NCBI GenBank assembly: GCA_964606385.1
Contig: CAZSFZ010000008.1
Coordinates: 3,961 to 67,960, forward strand
Direction of reading: 5' to 3'
DNA from: an uncultured bacterium
Lineage (GTDB): Bacteria > Omnitrophota > Omnitrophia > Omnitrophales > Aquincolibacteriaceae
Length of the DNA stretch: 64,000 bases
Shown one piece after another: positions 1 through 10,635 of this stretch. The notes under the pieces are model-generated. The model worked only from the letters and a program-made list of their open reading frames with translations, did not search any database and was not told where the DNA came from. The stretch's first letter is position 1; the number at the start of each line of letters is the position of its first letter. The position numbers and the translations under genes were made by a program.

Positions 1-616
1 TTTCGGCGTCCCCCAGCACAGCCTCGGAAAGCGGCAGCACTTTGGGAAAATAACCTTCCACATCCAGGTCCAGGGTCTCGAAGATCTTCGCGATATTGCG
101 GAAGGCCTGGAATTCCATCGTGTAGATCTGGAGTGTCACGCCCAAGCGCTCGGCCTCAAGGCCTACGGGGTTACGCACGGCCGGCATGTCGTTGACGAGG
201 AACGACTCCGGGATCGCCTGAAGGATCGATTCGTTCAGGGGCAGCGTCGCGACGTTCCGGGTCTGCTGGACGACGGACTGGATCTCATGAGAGCTGATCG
301 TCCGGCGCTCGGGCGAATAATATTCACAGCTGGAGTACCGGTACATCTTGAAACGGCTGTTCCCGAGCACCACATAGAGTGAGACCTGTTCCCAGGCCTC
401 GGCCGGCAGGACCGTTTTCATCAGTTTTTCAAGCGACGCGCTCGCGTTCTGAAGGTTGGAAACCAGTCCTTTTTCAAAACCTTCCGGGAAAAGCGCCTCT
501 TCATGGCGGAGCACCTGCGGGTTACCGCCCGCGGTATCCCCCAGCATGACGACCAGCTTGCGGGTCCCGATATAGACCACGACGCATTTTGATCTCATAT
601 CGACCGGCGCGTTCAT
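1..616 (-). CDS. ftsA: cell division protein FtsA (5' part; gene runs off window start)
   Basis: Manual reverse-strand translation from the ATG at 616 gives MNAPVDMRSKCVVVYIGTRKLVVMLGDTAGG...NPVGLEAERLGVTLQIY..., an actin-like FtsA with no stop down to position 1. The ATGA overlaps the ftsQ stop. It sits in the canonical position after ftsQ. Confidence 0.75.
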   Translation of the reverse strand, partial: MNAPVDMRSKCVVVYIGTRKLVVMLGDTAGGNPQVLRHEEALFPEGFEKGLVSNLQNASASLEKLMKTVLPAEAWEQVSLYVVLGNSRFKMYRYSSCEYYSPERRTISSHEIQSVVQQTRNVATLPLNESILQAIPESFLVNDMPAVRNPVGLEAERLGVTLQIYTMEFQAFRNIAKIFETLDLDVEGYFPKVLPLSEAVLGDAE

Positions 617-1422
617 GATTTCCTTTTCACGGCCACGCGGCCGTACTGAAGGTCCATATATTCGACGTTCTCGCGGGGCTCGGTATTCAAAAGATAGACC
701 GCGCTCGCCAAAGCCGCCACCTGCTCGGACGCCTTACGGCCGAGCTTGAAATCCGGGCCCGCCCCGAGCCGGACGGTCACATACCCGTTCGTGTCGAGAA
801 TGACCCGCGTCACGGTCTCGGTCTTGGAAAGCCCGTGCCGCTTGAAAAGCTGGAGAAAACGCAGCGCCTCGGCAAACCCTTTGTTCTGGAGTTTCAGGCC
901 GACCTTGGGTTCCTTATAAGGCTCGGTATAGTCTTCCATGAGGATCCAGGCGGGATCCAGCTCCGGCCGCACTTCGATAAGATAACCGTCTTCGGCCGCG
1001 ATCCCGTACGCGCCTCCGGACCGGAACTGCACGTTCGCGATGGGTTTCCGTTTTTTGATCTCGATGCGGACCGTGGACGGCATTTCGCGGACCACGCGCA
1101 CGCTTTGGGCGCCGGGCCCGAGTTCGATCGTTCCGGCGATCTTCTTGAGGTCCAGCATCAGGATATTCTTCCCGAGGATCTTGTCTTCCAGGGTCCGGAT
1201 GCTCTGGGGCGAAAGCGCGTCGGGCGGGACGATCCGGATCGACTGGACCCGCAGCCATTTGTCCTCACAGAGGCCTTTTTTTACCACGAGACCGACATAA
1301 ACGAGCACCGCGGCGATCACGGCCAGCGGGATGAGACGCCAGATAAGCCAGCCGATCCCGTCGATCACGGCGTCGATCGTGTTCCCGAACCAGCCTTTCT
1401 TGCCTTTTTTCTTTTTTCCCAT
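613..1422 (-). CDS. ftsQ: cell division protein FtsQ (POTRA domain, N-terminal TM anchor)
   Basis: 269-aa ORF with an N-terminal basic segment, a TM helix, then a POTRA-like region. Lies between ddl and ftsA as in dcw clusters. Confidence 0.85.
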   Translation of the reverse strand: MGKKKKGKKGWFGNTIDAVIDGIGWLIWRLIPLAVIAAVLVYVGLVVKKGLCEDKWLRVQSIRIVPPDALSPQSIRTLEDKILGKNILMLDLKKIAGTIELGPGAQSVRVVREMPSTVRIEIKKRKPIANVQFRSGGAYGIAAEDGYLIEVRPELDPAWILMEDYTEPYKEPKVGLKLQNKGFAEALRFLQLFKRHGLSKTETVTRVILDTNGYVTVRLGAGPDFKLGRKASEQVAALASAVYLLNTEPRENVEYMDLQYGRVAVKRKS

Positions 1423-1427
1423 GGCTA

Positions 1428-2384
1428 TTATTTCTTTCTTTTCCCTCTATAAGCGTCCGCAAGAACGCGCAGGCATAATTCCTCGAACCCGATCCCGGCC
1501 GCCCGCGCGGCCTTCGGCAAAAGGCTGAACTCCGTGAGCCCCGGAATGCTGTTCACTTCGAGAACGTACGGCCGCTGTTTGCGGTCGAGCATCACGTCCA
1601 CCCGCGAGAAGCCTTTGAGGCCGAGCCCGCGGTAGACCCGGTACGCGACCGCCTGGATCTTTCGGGCGACCTTCGCCGGGATCCGGGCCGGCACCTCATA
1701 GGTCGTCATACCCTTCGTGTATTTCGCTTTGTAATCGTAAAAAGGACGCGAGGGTTTCACTTCCACGACGGGCAGTTTCCGGTCGCCCAGGAGCCCCGCC
1801 GTCAGTTCCCGGCCGGTGATCTTTGTTTCGATCAAAAGCCTCCCGAACCTTGAAACTGACCGTCTTAGTTTTTCGGCCGAACGGCGAAAATCTTCAACAC
1901 AGAAAACACCCTGGCTGGACCCGCCGTCCAGCGGTTTGACAAAAAAAGGCACCGGGAATTTCGAGGCCACGCAGCGCCAGTTCTCCGGGGTCAGGACCGC
2001 GTAAGGCGGCGTCGGCACGCCCAGCTTTTCAAAATGACGCTTGCTGATCAGCTTGCAAAAACTTTTTTCGCAAGCCGCGGACGGGGAACCCGTGAAGCGG
2101 ACGCGCTTTCGCTCGAGCATCCGCTGGAGCACCCCATCCTCCCCACCCTTGCCGTGCAGGGCGATAAAGAGGACATCCGCTTCGAGGATCTTGCGGGCGA
2201 ATTGTTTCCGGTTCGCGGGATCGATCGGGAAGGCTTTCACGCCGGCGCGTTTCAGGGCGCGCGTCACCGCACGTCCGGACCGGAGCGAAATGCGGCGCTC
2301 GGCGGAGGTGCCGCCGCGCACCACTCCCACTTTAATTTTTTGGAACGATGCGAACTTCGGGCTCGAGAGTAATTCCGGTTGCAT
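1428..2384 (-). CDS. ddl: D-alanine--D-alanine ligase
   Basis: 318-aa ORF with KIKVGVVRGGTSAERRISLRSG and an ATP-grasp region (LHGKGGEDG). Overlaps the murB 3' end by 53 nt. Confidence 0.9.
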   Translation of the reverse strand: MQPELLSSPKFASFQKIKVGVVRGGTSAERRISLRSGRAVTRALKRAGVKAFPIDPANRKQFARKILEADVLFIALHGKGGEDGVLQRMLERKRVRFTGSPSAACEKSFCKLISKRHFEKLGVPTPPYAVLTPENWRCVASKFPVPFFVKPLDGGSSQGVFCVEDFRRSAEKLRRSVSRFGRLLIETKITGRELTAGLLGDRKLPVVEVKPSRPFYDYKAKYTKGMTTYEVPARIPAKVARKIQAVAYRVYRGLGLKGFSRVDVMLDRKQRPYVLEVNSIPGLTEFSLLPKAARAAGIGFEELCLRVLADAYRGKRKK

Positions 2385-3246
2385 TGAAGACAGTCCTTTG
2401 GATCTCCTGGATCAGCTGGACGGCATCCCCGCAGGTGGCGCCGCCCGTGTTGATAAAATAATTCGCGTGTTTTTCCGAGACCTGCATCCCGCCCACCCGC
2501 TTTCCCTTGAGCCCCGCTTTTTCGATCAAAGCGCCGGCCGCGGCTTTAAGCCCGAGCGGATTCTTGAAGATCGATCCCGCGTTCGGCCCCGTCATGTCCT
2601 GACGGACTTTGCGGAACACCTGGTTTGATCTCATTTCCGCCTGGATCCAGTCCTTCGGGCGGCGCCAGACCCTGAGGGTCGCCTCCAGCACCACATAAGT
2701 TTCCAGATCCGATTTGCGGTAAGAAAATCGAAGGTCCTCGGAACCTAGCACCACGATCTCCCCGTCCTTCCGCAGGGCCCGGACCTCCAGCACGAGGTCC
2801 CCGATCTCGTTACGCTGGCCCGCGTGGCGGCTGAAACCCGCGTTCATCACGATCGCACCGCCGACGGTCCCCGGGATCTGCGCGAGAAATTCCGTGCCTC
2901 CCAAGCCGTATTCCTGACAGAACCGGACCAGCCGCGCGAGGCTCACGCCCGCGGACACCGTCACCCGGGAGCGGTCGAGGTCCATTTTCAGAAGATCGTT
3001 CCGGAAACGGCGCATCGAGACCACAAGCCCGTCGTAGCCTTCGTCCTGAAAGATCACGTTCGAACCGTTCCCCAGGATGAAGAACGGCATTTTTTCCCGG
3101 CCTGCCCAACCGAGCAGCTTCACGAGCGCTTCCTCGCTTTCCGGCTCGGCAAAATAGGCCGCTGGACCGCCGAGACGCAGGGTCGTGAACGGGGCGAGCG
3201 GAACGTTACGCTGAAGCGCAGGGGTCGAGATGATGGACGAATTCAC
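2332..3246 (-). CDS. murB: UDP-N-acetylenolpyruvoylglucosamine reductase
   Basis: 304-aa ORF with an FAD-binding N-terminus (FTTLRLGGPAAYF, FILGNGSNV). Sits in the dcw position. Confidence 0.9.
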   Translation of the reverse strand: MNSSIISTPALQRNVPLAPFTTLRLGGPAAYFAEPESEEALVKLLGWAGREKMPFFILGNGSNVIFQDEGYDGLVVSMRRFRNDLLKMDLDRSRVTVSAGVSLARLVRFCQEYGLGGTEFLAQIPGTVGGAIVMNAGFSRHAGQRNEIGDLVLEVRALRKDGEIVVLGSEDLRFSYRKSDLETYVVLEATLRVWRRPKDWIQAEMRSNQVFRKVRQDMTGPNAGSIFKNPLGLKAAAGALIEKAGLKGKRVGGMQVSEKHANYFINTGGATCGDAVQLIQEIQRTVFNATGITLEPEVRIVPKN

Positions 3247-4606
3247 TGGCGATCTCTCCGATGTCCCCCGCTCCCATGAAGATCATCACGCCGTCTTTCA
3301 TCGGATGATCGGCAAGATAAGGAAGGATCTGCTCTTTCCGCACGACGGACACATGTTTGTGCCCGGTCTTCAGGACCTCCTGATAGACCATCCCGACATC
3401 GATCCCGTCGGGGTTGGCTTCCCCGGCGCTGTAAATATCCGTCAGCACGACCTCTTCGGCATCGTCAAAAGCGTGGGCGAATTCCCGGTAAAGGTTCTTG
3501 GTGCGGCTGTAGCGGTGCGGCTGAAAGATCACCCGTACGTATTTTCCGGCTTCATGGAGCGCGCGCAGTACGGCTTTGACTTCGGTCGGATGATGCGCGT
3601 AATCGTCCAGCACCAGGAATTGCGGGGTCTGGCCCTTGAGTTCCATGCGGCGCTTGGTGCCTTTGAACGTGGCGAGCGCATCGCGGACAAGATCCAGGTC
3701 AAACCCGAGATGCAAAAGGACCGAGAGCGTCGCGAGGGCATTGGCGATATTGTGACGCCCCGGCACGGAAAGTTTCATGTGCGCGCCATAAAGCCCCGAC
3801 TCATACAGATCGAACTCGGACCCAAAGGCGTGCAGGGTGATATTCTGGGCCGAATATACACATTCTTCCGAGAACCCGAAATTGACGTACGGGCGCCCGC
3901 TCTCGCGCACGAGCATGTTGAGCGTCGGGTCGTCGCCGAAATAAGACACCAGGCCCGGGTCCTGCACCTGCTCAAGAAAACGCCGGAAGGACGCAGTCAG
4001 ATTTTCCCAGGAGCCGTAGTGGTCGAGATGTTCCGGCTCGAGGTTCGTAATGATCGAATAATGCGGCGCGTAAAATTCGTGCGAGCTGTCGCTTTCATCC
4101 ACTTCGCTCACCCAGTAATTACGCCCGCCCGCCACGACATTGGTATCGTAATTGAGCATCTCGCTCCCGACAAAGCAGGTGGGATTCGCGCCGATCTGCG
4201 AGAGCACATGCGAGACCATCGCCGAGGTCGTGGTCTTCCCGTGAGTCCCCAGGATCCCGATCGAGGTTTCCGCGTGATTTAAAAGCGAGGCGAGCACTTC
4301 GGCGCGGTGATGGACCTTGCGGCCGAGATTGCGGGCTTCTTTGAGCTCAAGATGGTCTTTGCTGATCGCGCTGGAGTAAATGATGAGGTCCGCGTCCTCG
4401 AACCCGACGGTCTTCTGGCCGATATGGACGGGAATGCCGGAACGGCGGAGGCTTTGCGTGACATGCGTTTCTTTGTAGTCCGAGCCGGAGACCTCGAGCC
4501 CGAGGTGCTTCAGGATCCTGGCGAGCCCGCTCATGCCGGATCCGCCGATCCCGATCAGGTAGGCGGCGCGGCTATTCCGGATCAAATCATCATGTACGAT
4601 CTTCAT
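3206..4606 (-). CDS. murC: UDP-N-acetylmuramate--L-alanine ligase
   Basis: 466-aa Mur ligase with GIGGSGMSGLA and GTHGKTTTSAM P-loop motifs. Confidence 0.92.
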   Translation of the reverse strand: MKIVHDDLIRNSRAAYLIGIGGSGMSGLARILKHLGLEVSGSDYKETHVTQSLRRSGIPVHIGQKTVGFEDADLIIYSSAISKDHLELKEARNLGRKVHHRAEVLASLLNHAETSIGILGTHGKTTTSAMVSHVLSQIGANPTCFVGSEMLNYDTNVVAGGRNYWVSEVDESDSSHEFYAPHYSIITNLEPEHLDHYGSWENLTASFRRFLEQVQDPGLVSYFGDDPTLNMLVRESGRPYVNFGFSEECVYSAQNITLHAFGSEFDLYESGLYGAHMKLSVPGRHNIANALATLSVLLHLGFDLDLVRDALATFKGTKRRMELKGQTPQFLVLDDYAHHPTEVKAVLRALHEAGKYVRVIFQPHRYSRTKNLYREFAHAFDDAEEVVLTDIYSAGEANPDGIDVGMVYQEVLKTGHKHVSVVRKEQILPYLADHPMKDGVMIFMGAGDIGEIASEFVHHLDPCASA

Positions 4607-5738
4607 GGGCCTCGATCATCCTTCGGGCTATTTCGATCAATGCGTCGGTCGCCCGGGGCTTCGCGAGTTTTTTCATCGCGTTCGCCATGCCCGCCAGGGA
4701 CCCCGGATCCTCAACGGCTTTCTTCAGTTCCGCGGCAAGCCAATCTTTGACCCCGGCATCCTCGTCGTGAAGTGCGAGCCCGCCCTTCTCGGCGAAGGCC
4801 TGAGCGTTATATTTCTGATGCCCGCCCGCGTGCGGGTACGGGACCACAAGCGCCGGGATCCCGAATAACGCCAATTCAAAAAGCGTGTTCGCGCCGGCCC
4901 GCGTCACGGCCAGATCCACCCTCTGAAAAAGTTCGTCCATCGCACTGTAGAACGGGTGGACTTCGCTTGCCATGGCTAGCCGCGAGTAACGTTCCGCGAC
5001 TTTTTCCGCGTCACGCTTTCCTGTGATATGTATAACGGCTATTTTCGATCTTTCTTCATCCGATAAAGATGCGAAAGCGTCCGTCGCGGCCGCGTTCAGG
5101 CCCTGCGCGCCCTGCGATCCGCCGACCACCAGCACCGTAAAAAGACGCGGCGTCGACACCTCGCCGGACTTGGCAGCCGCCTCCAGGATGAACGACCGGA
5201 GCGGCAGCCCGACCGTATGAAGCCTTTTCGGTTTTTTGAGGAACCGGGTCCCTTCAAAACTTTCGGCGACCGCGTCCACGTGCGGCACGAGCCAATGGGT
5301 CGCCTTCCCCGGGATCTTGTTCTGTTCGTGAATGAGGGTCGGGATCCTGAGCCAACGTGCCACCCTCATTCCGGGATACGACACGAAACTCCCGAACCCG
5401 ACGCAAAGATCCGGCTGGGTCTTTTTCAAAAAAAAGAACGCCTGCAGAAGAAGGTAAGGCAGAAGAACGAACGGTTTCAGGGTCTTGAGCGACAGCCCGG
5501 ACGGAAAACCGAATTCGGGAAGATAGGTGACTGAGCGGAAGATCCCCTGCGGCATTTTGTCGACCATGAGCTTGGCCCGGTGACAGGTCACAAGATCGAT
5601 CACCGAACCCGGGAAACGCTTGCGAAACCCCTCGCTGAAGGATTGGGCCGGAAAGATGTGCCCCCCCGTCGGGCCGGCGAAAACCGCGAGCCTCACCGGA
5701 GCACGGACGGACGGTTCAGTCTCCGGGGCGGTGGCCAT
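4590..5738 (-). CDS. murG: undecaprenyldiphospho-muramoylpentapeptide beta-N-acetylglucosaminyltransferase
   Basis: 382-aa GT28 protein with a GGTGGHIFPA motif. Lies between ftsW and murC. Confidence 0.9.
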   Translation of the reverse strand: MATAPETEPSVRAPVRLAVFAGPTGGHIFPAQSFSEGFRKRFPGSVIDLVTCHRAKLMVDKMPQGIFRSVTYLPEFGFPSGLSLKTLKPFVLLPYLLLQAFFFLKKTQPDLCVGFGSFVSYPGMRVARWLRIPTLIHEQNKIPGKATHWLVPHVDAVAESFEGTRFLKKPKRLHTVGLPLRSFILEAAAKSGEVSTPRLFTVLVVGGSQGAQGLNAAATDAFASLSDEERSKIAVIHITGKRDAEKVAERYSRLAMASEVHPFYSAMDELFQRVDLAVTRAGANTLFELALFGIPALVVPYPHAGGHQKYNAQAFAEKGGLALHDEDAGVKDWLAAELKKAVEDPGSLAGMANAMKKLAKPRATDALIEIARRMIEAHEDRT

Positions 5739-5739
5739 G

Positions 5740-6837
5740 TCAGGTCCCGCGGCGCTTGCGGCGATCGATCGCGATCAGGACACCGACCGCGATCAGATTG
5801 ACCACGACCGAACTTCCGCCGTAGCTGATGAAAGGAAGCGGCAGTCCCTTGGTCGGCACAAGGCCGGTCGCGACCATCATGTGGGTCACGGTCTGGAGAA
5901 TAATAAGGAGCGTGATCGAGGTGATCGCGAGCTTTTCGAACGGCTGTTCGGTCCTCCGCGCCATCCGGATGCAGCAGACGAAAAAGAGGATGAACAAGGC
6001 GATCACGAACATCACGCCGATCAGACCGAGCTCTTCCGCGATCACGGCCAGGATGAAATCGTTATGGCTCGACGGAAGATAAAAAAGCTTCTGCGTGCTT
6101 TGCCCGAGCCCGACGCCGTGGATCCCTCCGTTCGCGAAGGCTAGGAACGACTGGATGATCTGGAACCCCGACCCCTGAGGGTCTTCCCACGGGTTCAGGT
6201 AGGCCTCCAGGCGGCTCAGGCGGTACGGCACGCGGATGATCAGGAAATAAAAAGCCGGCACAAGGACCGCGAGGGCCCCGAACACATACCGGAGCTGCAG
6301 CCCCGAGACGAAGAAAATGATCGAAGTCATCATCACAATAAAGGCCACGGAACCAAGGTCCGGCTCCAATAAGGTCAGGATGCACACCAGGCCGATCAGA
6401 ACGAGCGGCGGAAAAAACACGCGGACATCCCCTTTCTGCACGATCGCGATCTTGCGCGCGATGTAATCGGCGAGATAAATACAACAGGCGAGCTTCGCGA
6501 ATTCAACGGGCTGGAACTGAAAGGCGCCCAGGTGGATCCACCGCCGCGCGCCGCCGGCGGAGTGCCCGATCACGGGAAGGTAGACGGCGATGAGGAGCAT
6601 GATCGAGAGCAGCATGAACGCCCGGGCGTTCTGCTTGTAGAAATCGACCGGCAGCGTCGCCGCGATAAAAAATCCGATCGTGCCCAGGAGCGTGTAGAGC
6701 CCCTGGCGGATCAGGAAATAGAGTTCATTGCCGTGGCGGTCATAGGCCATCACCCCGCTCGCGCTGTAGATCATGACGATCCCGATGCCGACCAGAAAAT
6801 AAGTAATAATAAAAAGCAGCCGCGCTTCTTTGGACAT
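5740..6837 (-). CDS. ftsW: SEDS peptidoglycan glycosyltransferase FtsW
   Basis: 365-aa polytopic membrane protein of the FtsW/RodA family, in the dcw position. Confidence 0.88.
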   Translation of the reverse strand: MSKEARLLFIITYFLVGIGIVMIYSASGVMAYDRHGNELYFLIRQGLYTLLGTIGFFIAATLPVDFYKQNARAFMLLSIMLLIAVYLPVIGHSAGGARRWIHLGAFQFQPVEFAKLACCIYLADYIARKIAIVQKGDVRVFFPPLVLIGLVCILTLLEPDLGSVAFIVMMTSIIFFVSGLQLRYVFGALAVLVPAFYFLIIRVPYRLSRLEAYLNPWEDPQGSGFQIIQSFLAFANGGIHGVGLGQSTQKLFYLPSSHNDFILAVIAEELGLIGVMFVIALFILFFVCCIRMARRTEQPFEKLAITSITLLIILQTVTHMMVATGLVPTKGLPLPFISYGGSSVVVNLIAVGVLIAIDRRKRRGT

Positions 6838-6839
6838 GG

Positions 6840-8120
6840 TTAGTTCCCCACCGTAACGGACCGCAATCGCTTCCGGATCAGTTCCTTGAACATTTTGCCG
6901 CGTTCCTGATAATTCTTGAACATATCAAAACTCGCGCAAGCCGGCGACAAGAGCACCGTATCGCCATTCCGGGCCTGCTCCAGGCTCAGGCGGCACGCGT
7001 CTTCCAGCGTCGGCGCGTCGACCAGAGGGACCGTCCCCTCCCAAGCTTCCTTGAGGATTGGCCTCGCGACCCCGATCAGAATAGCGCAACGGACTTTGCG
7101 GCGGATCAGCTCCCGAAGCGTTCTGAAATCCTCGACGCCGGTCTTGTATTTTCCGCCGCAGATCAAAACGACCATCCCATCACGATACTTTTCCAGGGCC
7201 CAGGCAAGGGACGCCGTCGTGGTCGCCTTGGAATCGTTCACAAAACTCACGCCGTCCTGTTCCGCGAATTTTTCGAGCCGGTGTTCAAGGCCCCGGAAAC
7301 TTTCGAGCGCTTTGCGGACGCTTGACCCCGGACACCCCAGCGCCTCCGCGGTACAGAGAAGCGCCGCTTCGTTCGGATCCAAACCGGAACGCTCATCATA
7401 ATAAACGCGTCGCGCCCGGCATCGGAAATCCGGAAAAAGCTCCGTCTCATCCGCTTTCCGGCAGATCATCACGTCTTTTTCCGTCATCGCCCGGAAGAGA
7501 TTGAGTTTCGCGGCCGCGTATTCCTTCATGTCCGCGTGCCAGTCCATATGGTTCGGAAAAACATTAAGAAGCACCCCGATCGAAGGGGCAAAACTCCCGC
7601 AATGCATCAGCTGGAAGGAGCTGACTTCAAGCACCACGACCGTTTCAGGCGTGATCTTCGGGATCTCCCCGATCCAAGGATTCCCGATATTCCCGCAGAG
7701 CACCGCTTCGCGCCCGCTCATTTCGACGATCCGGGCGATCAAGGTCGCCGTCGTTGTCTTGCCGCAGGACCCCGTCACCGCGACGACCGTTTTGGCCGGA
7801 GAGAACCAGCTCGCGACCTCGATCTCGCTAGAAACAGGCTTTTTTGCCGCCGTGAGCACCTGGTAGATCTTGGCGCCCGGCGGGATCCCGGGAGAGATCA
7901 GGACCCAGTCCGCGGCAAGGATCGTGTCGAATGAATGCCGGCCGCATTCCGCTCGGATCCCCCGCCGTGTAAGCTCCGCAACATTTTTCCGGATATCTGC
8001 AGAGTCCGAAAGATCGGAGGCAAAGACCTGGTAGCCTTTTTCGTGGAGGAAAAGAGCGCTCAGGAATCCCGTATCCCGCAGGCCCAACACCGCGACGCTG
8101 GATCCGGGCGCCATCTTCAT
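6840..8120 (-). CDS. murD: UDP-N-acetylmuramoylalanine--D-glutamate ligase
   Basis: 426-aa Mur ligase with a GSCGKTTT P-loop and a Rossmann N-terminus. Confidence 0.9.
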   Translation of the reverse strand: MKMAPGSSVAVLGLRDTGFLSALFLHEKGYQVFASDLSDSADIRKNVAELTRRGIRAECGRHSFDTILAADWVLISPGIPPGAKIYQVLTAAKKPVSSEIEVASWFSPAKTVVAVTGSCGKTTTATLIARIVEMSGREAVLCGNIGNPWIGEIPKITPETVVVLEVSSFQLMHCGSFAPSIGVLLNVFPNHMDWHADMKEYAAAKLNLFRAMTEKDVMICRKADETELFPDFRCRARRVYYDERSGLDPNEAALLCTAEALGCPGSSVRKALESFRGLEHRLEKFAEQDGVSFVNDSKATTTASLAWALEKYRDGMVVLICGGKYKTGVEDFRTLRELIRRKVRCAILIGVARPILKEAWEGTVPLVDAPTLEDACRLSLEQARNGDTVLLSPACASFDMFKNYQERGKMFKELIRKRLRSVTVGN

Positions 8121-8121
8121 G

Positions 8122-9207
8122 TTAGCGGACCTTCAGGGTGCTCAGCCCCACGATCGCGAGGATGAAGGCGATGATCCAGAGCCGAACCGTGATCTTGGAT
8201 TCCGGCCAACCCTTGCGCTGCAGGTGATGGTGAAAAGGTGACATGAGGAAGATCCTTTTTCCGCGGAGCTTGAAACTCGCGACCTGAAGAATCACGGAAA
8301 GGGCTTCCCAGACAAAGATCCCCCCGACGATCACAAGCACGATCTCTTTTTTAGTAAGCACCGCGATCGCGCCGAGGGCCCCGCCCAGGGAAAGCGATCC
8401 CGTGTCTCCCATGAAAACTTCCGCCGGATAGGAATTGAACCAGAGGAACCCCGCGCTCGCGCCGGCGAGGGCCGCGCAAAAAACCGTTACTTCCCCGGCT
8501 TCCGGAACATATGGGATGGCAAGATATCGCGCAAAATCGTAATGGCCCGTGACATAGATGATCAGGGCGAAAGTCGTCGTGGCGAACATGGTGCACCCGA
8601 TCGCCAGGCCGTCGAGACCGTCCGTCAGGTTCAGGGCGTTCGACGTCCCCGTGAGGACCAGGATGACAAAAGGAATGAAAAAGATCCCAAGATAAATCGC
8701 GCCTTTTTTGAGGAGCGGCAAGTAAAGCCACTTGTCGAACGTAGGATCACAGTAAAGATAAATGCCGATCGCGAGGCCCATGAGCAGCTGGCCCAGAAGT
8801 TTCGTGAGCGAGCTCAGGCCCTCCGAACTCTTGGAACGCATCTTGAGCCAATCGTCGAGAAAGCCCACAAAACCGAACCAAAGCATCACGATCACCATCA
8901 TCCACACGAACCGGTTCGTCAGGTTCCCCCAAAGAAGGGTCGCCGCGACCACGCTGGAAACGACCAGAACGCCGCCCATCATCGGGATGTCTTTTTTGTG
9001 TTTAAAGTGTTCGTGGATGGTCTCGGCATAGGCGCGCTCTTGATTCGTCACGGCGCGGAGCGCTTTGAGCCACGCGATACACTTCGGGCCAAGCCATAAG
9101 GAAAGAAGGAACGCCGTGATACTCGCGCCGGCGGAGCGGAACGTGATGTAGCGGAAAAGATTGAAGACGATCGATTGATCCGAGAGCTGATGTAAAAAAT
9201 AAAACAT
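8122..9207 (-). CDS. mraY: phospho-N-acetylmuramoyl-pentapeptide transferase
   Basis: 361-aa polytopic membrane protein of the MraY/WecA family, in the dcw position. Confidence 0.9.
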   Translation of the reverse strand: MFYFLHQLSDQSIVFNLFRYITFRSAGASITAFLLSLWLGPKCIAWLKALRAVTNQERAYAETIHEHFKHKKDIPMMGGVLVVSSVVAATLLWGNLTNRFVWMMVIVMLWFGFVGFLDDWLKMRSKSSEGLSSLTKLLGQLLMGLAIGIYLYCDPTFDKWLYLPLLKKGAIYLGIFFIPFVILVLTGTSNALNLTDGLDGLAIGCTMFATTTFALIIYVTGHYDFARYLAIPYVPEAGEVTVFCAALAGASAGFLWFNSYPAEVFMGDTGSLSLGGALGAIAVLTKKEIVLVIVGGIFVWEALSVILQVASFKLRGKRIFLMSPFHHHLQRKGWPESKITVRLWIIAFILAIVGLSTLKVR

Positions 9208-9228
9208 GTTCTGTCGGTGGCTCTGAAA

Positions 9229-10635
9229 TTATGTTTTTAATGAAAACGAAAGATCACGGATGCCTTCGAGCACTTTTTCCACATGCATGCTCCGGGATCC
9301 CTTGAAAAGCACGGCATCCCCGGGGCGCAATACCTCTCTGAGAGCGACTAACGTTTCGATCCCGTCCTTGAAATGCCGGGCATCACAAGACGCGGCCTCG
9401 CGTTTCAGGGCCTCGATACTCCGGCGCGCCCGTTCCCCGTACGCGAACGCCATCGCCACACCGGCCTGGGCTATTTTTTGTCCCAGTTCCGCGTGAAAAC
9501 GATTCTCCTCAGGGCCCAACTCCAACATGTCCGCGAACACGACGACCTTCTTGCCGGAGCATGGAAGGGTCCGGAACGCCGCCAAGGCATTCCCGAAGGA
9601 AACGGGATTCGCGTTGTAGCTGTCGTCGATCACGCGAACACCGCTCGAAAGTATTGTCTCACGAAATCTTCCGGAAGCAAAGCCCACATCCGCCCATTTT
9701 TGCGGGATTTCCGTCCACGCCATGCCGAGATTCCGCGCCATCGCGATCGCGAGCCCCGCGTTCAGCGCGAGGAAAGGCGCCTCGCCCGGAAAAGAGAATT
9801 CCCGTTCGCCGTTCAGGGTAAAAGAGACCTCCCCGGACCCGGACCGGACGTTTTCGATACGGAATGCCGCGTTCTCCGAATAGCCGACCGTGATCGCTTG
9901 ACGTCCTTTTTGATCGAGCAACTCCAGAAGCCTGCGGTCGTCTCCAGGCACGACAAGCGGGTCGTCTTTTTTCAAGGCATCGGCGAGTTCGAGCTTGGTT
10001 TTATAAACATTTTCCAGAGAACCGAATCCTTCCAGGTGGGCCGCCCCGATCGGCGTGAGGATCCCGCCTGAAGGCCCGGCGATCCCGGCCAGGTAAGCGA
10101 TCTCGCCGGGATGGTTCGCGCCCATTTCCATCACACAGAACTGATGCGAAGGTTCCAAACGGGAAAGCATGATCGGAACCCCGAGGTGATTGTTCAGGTT
10201 CCCGGCTGTCGCGAGCGCTTTGTATTTTTGCCGCAGCAGGTAAAAGAGGAATTCTTTCGTCGTGGTCTTCCCCACGCTTCCCGTGACGCCGATGATCCGA
10301 GCCGGCAGGGTCTTGCGGTATCCGACGGCAAGTTCGGTCATGGCGGCCTGCGGGTCTTCTACCGGGATCAGGTTGCGCACCGGCACCTTGACCGTTTGGA
10401 GCCGCGCGAGCACGGATTCTTTTTGCGTTCGGTCGATCAGGGCTCCGGAGGCTCCCTTTTCAAAAGCCGCGGCAAGGAAATCATGCCCGTCGCATTGCCC
10501 ACCCTTGAACGCGACAAAAAGATCTCCCGGGTTGAGCGTGCGGGTATCGATCGAAAGACTGCGGATGGTCAGACGGGGATCTTGAAATTCGGGGGGAACG
10601 CGGAGCAGCCGGCTCGCATCAAGATAGGAAAACAC
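9229..10635 (-). CDS. murF: UDP-MurNAc-tripeptide--D-alanyl-D-alanine ligase
   Basis: 468-aa Mur ligase with a GVTGSVGKTTTKE P-loop. Confidence 0.9.
   Translation of the reverse strand: MFSYLDASRLLRVPPEFQDPRLTIRSLSIDTRTLNPGDLFVAFKGGQCDGHDFLAAAFEKGASGALIDRTQKESVLARLQTVKVPVRNLIPVEDPQAAMTELAVGYRKTLPARIIGVTGSVGKTTTKEFLFYLLRQKYKALATAGNLNNHLGVPIMLSRLEPSHQFCVMEMGANHPGEIAYLAGIAGPSGGILTPIGAAHLEGFGSLENVYKTKLELADALKKDDPLVVPGDDRRLLELLDQKGRQAITVGYSENAAFRIENVRSGSGEVSFTLNGEREFSFPGEAPFLALNAGLAIAMARNLGMAWTEIPQKWADVGFASGRFRETILSSGVRVIDDSYNANPVSFGNALAAFRTLPCSGKKVVVFADMLELGPEENRFHAELGQKIAQAGVAMAFAYGERARRSIEALKREAASCDARHFKDGIETLVALREVLRPGDAVLFKGSRSMHVEKVLEGIRDLSFSLKT

Noticed and set aside
2041-2628. 195-aa plus-strand ORF spanning the ddl/murB junction, and many 60-150-aa ORFs inside annotated genes
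   Set aside because: They sit entirely within strongly supported genes on the opposite strand or in an alternate frame, and show no independent signals.
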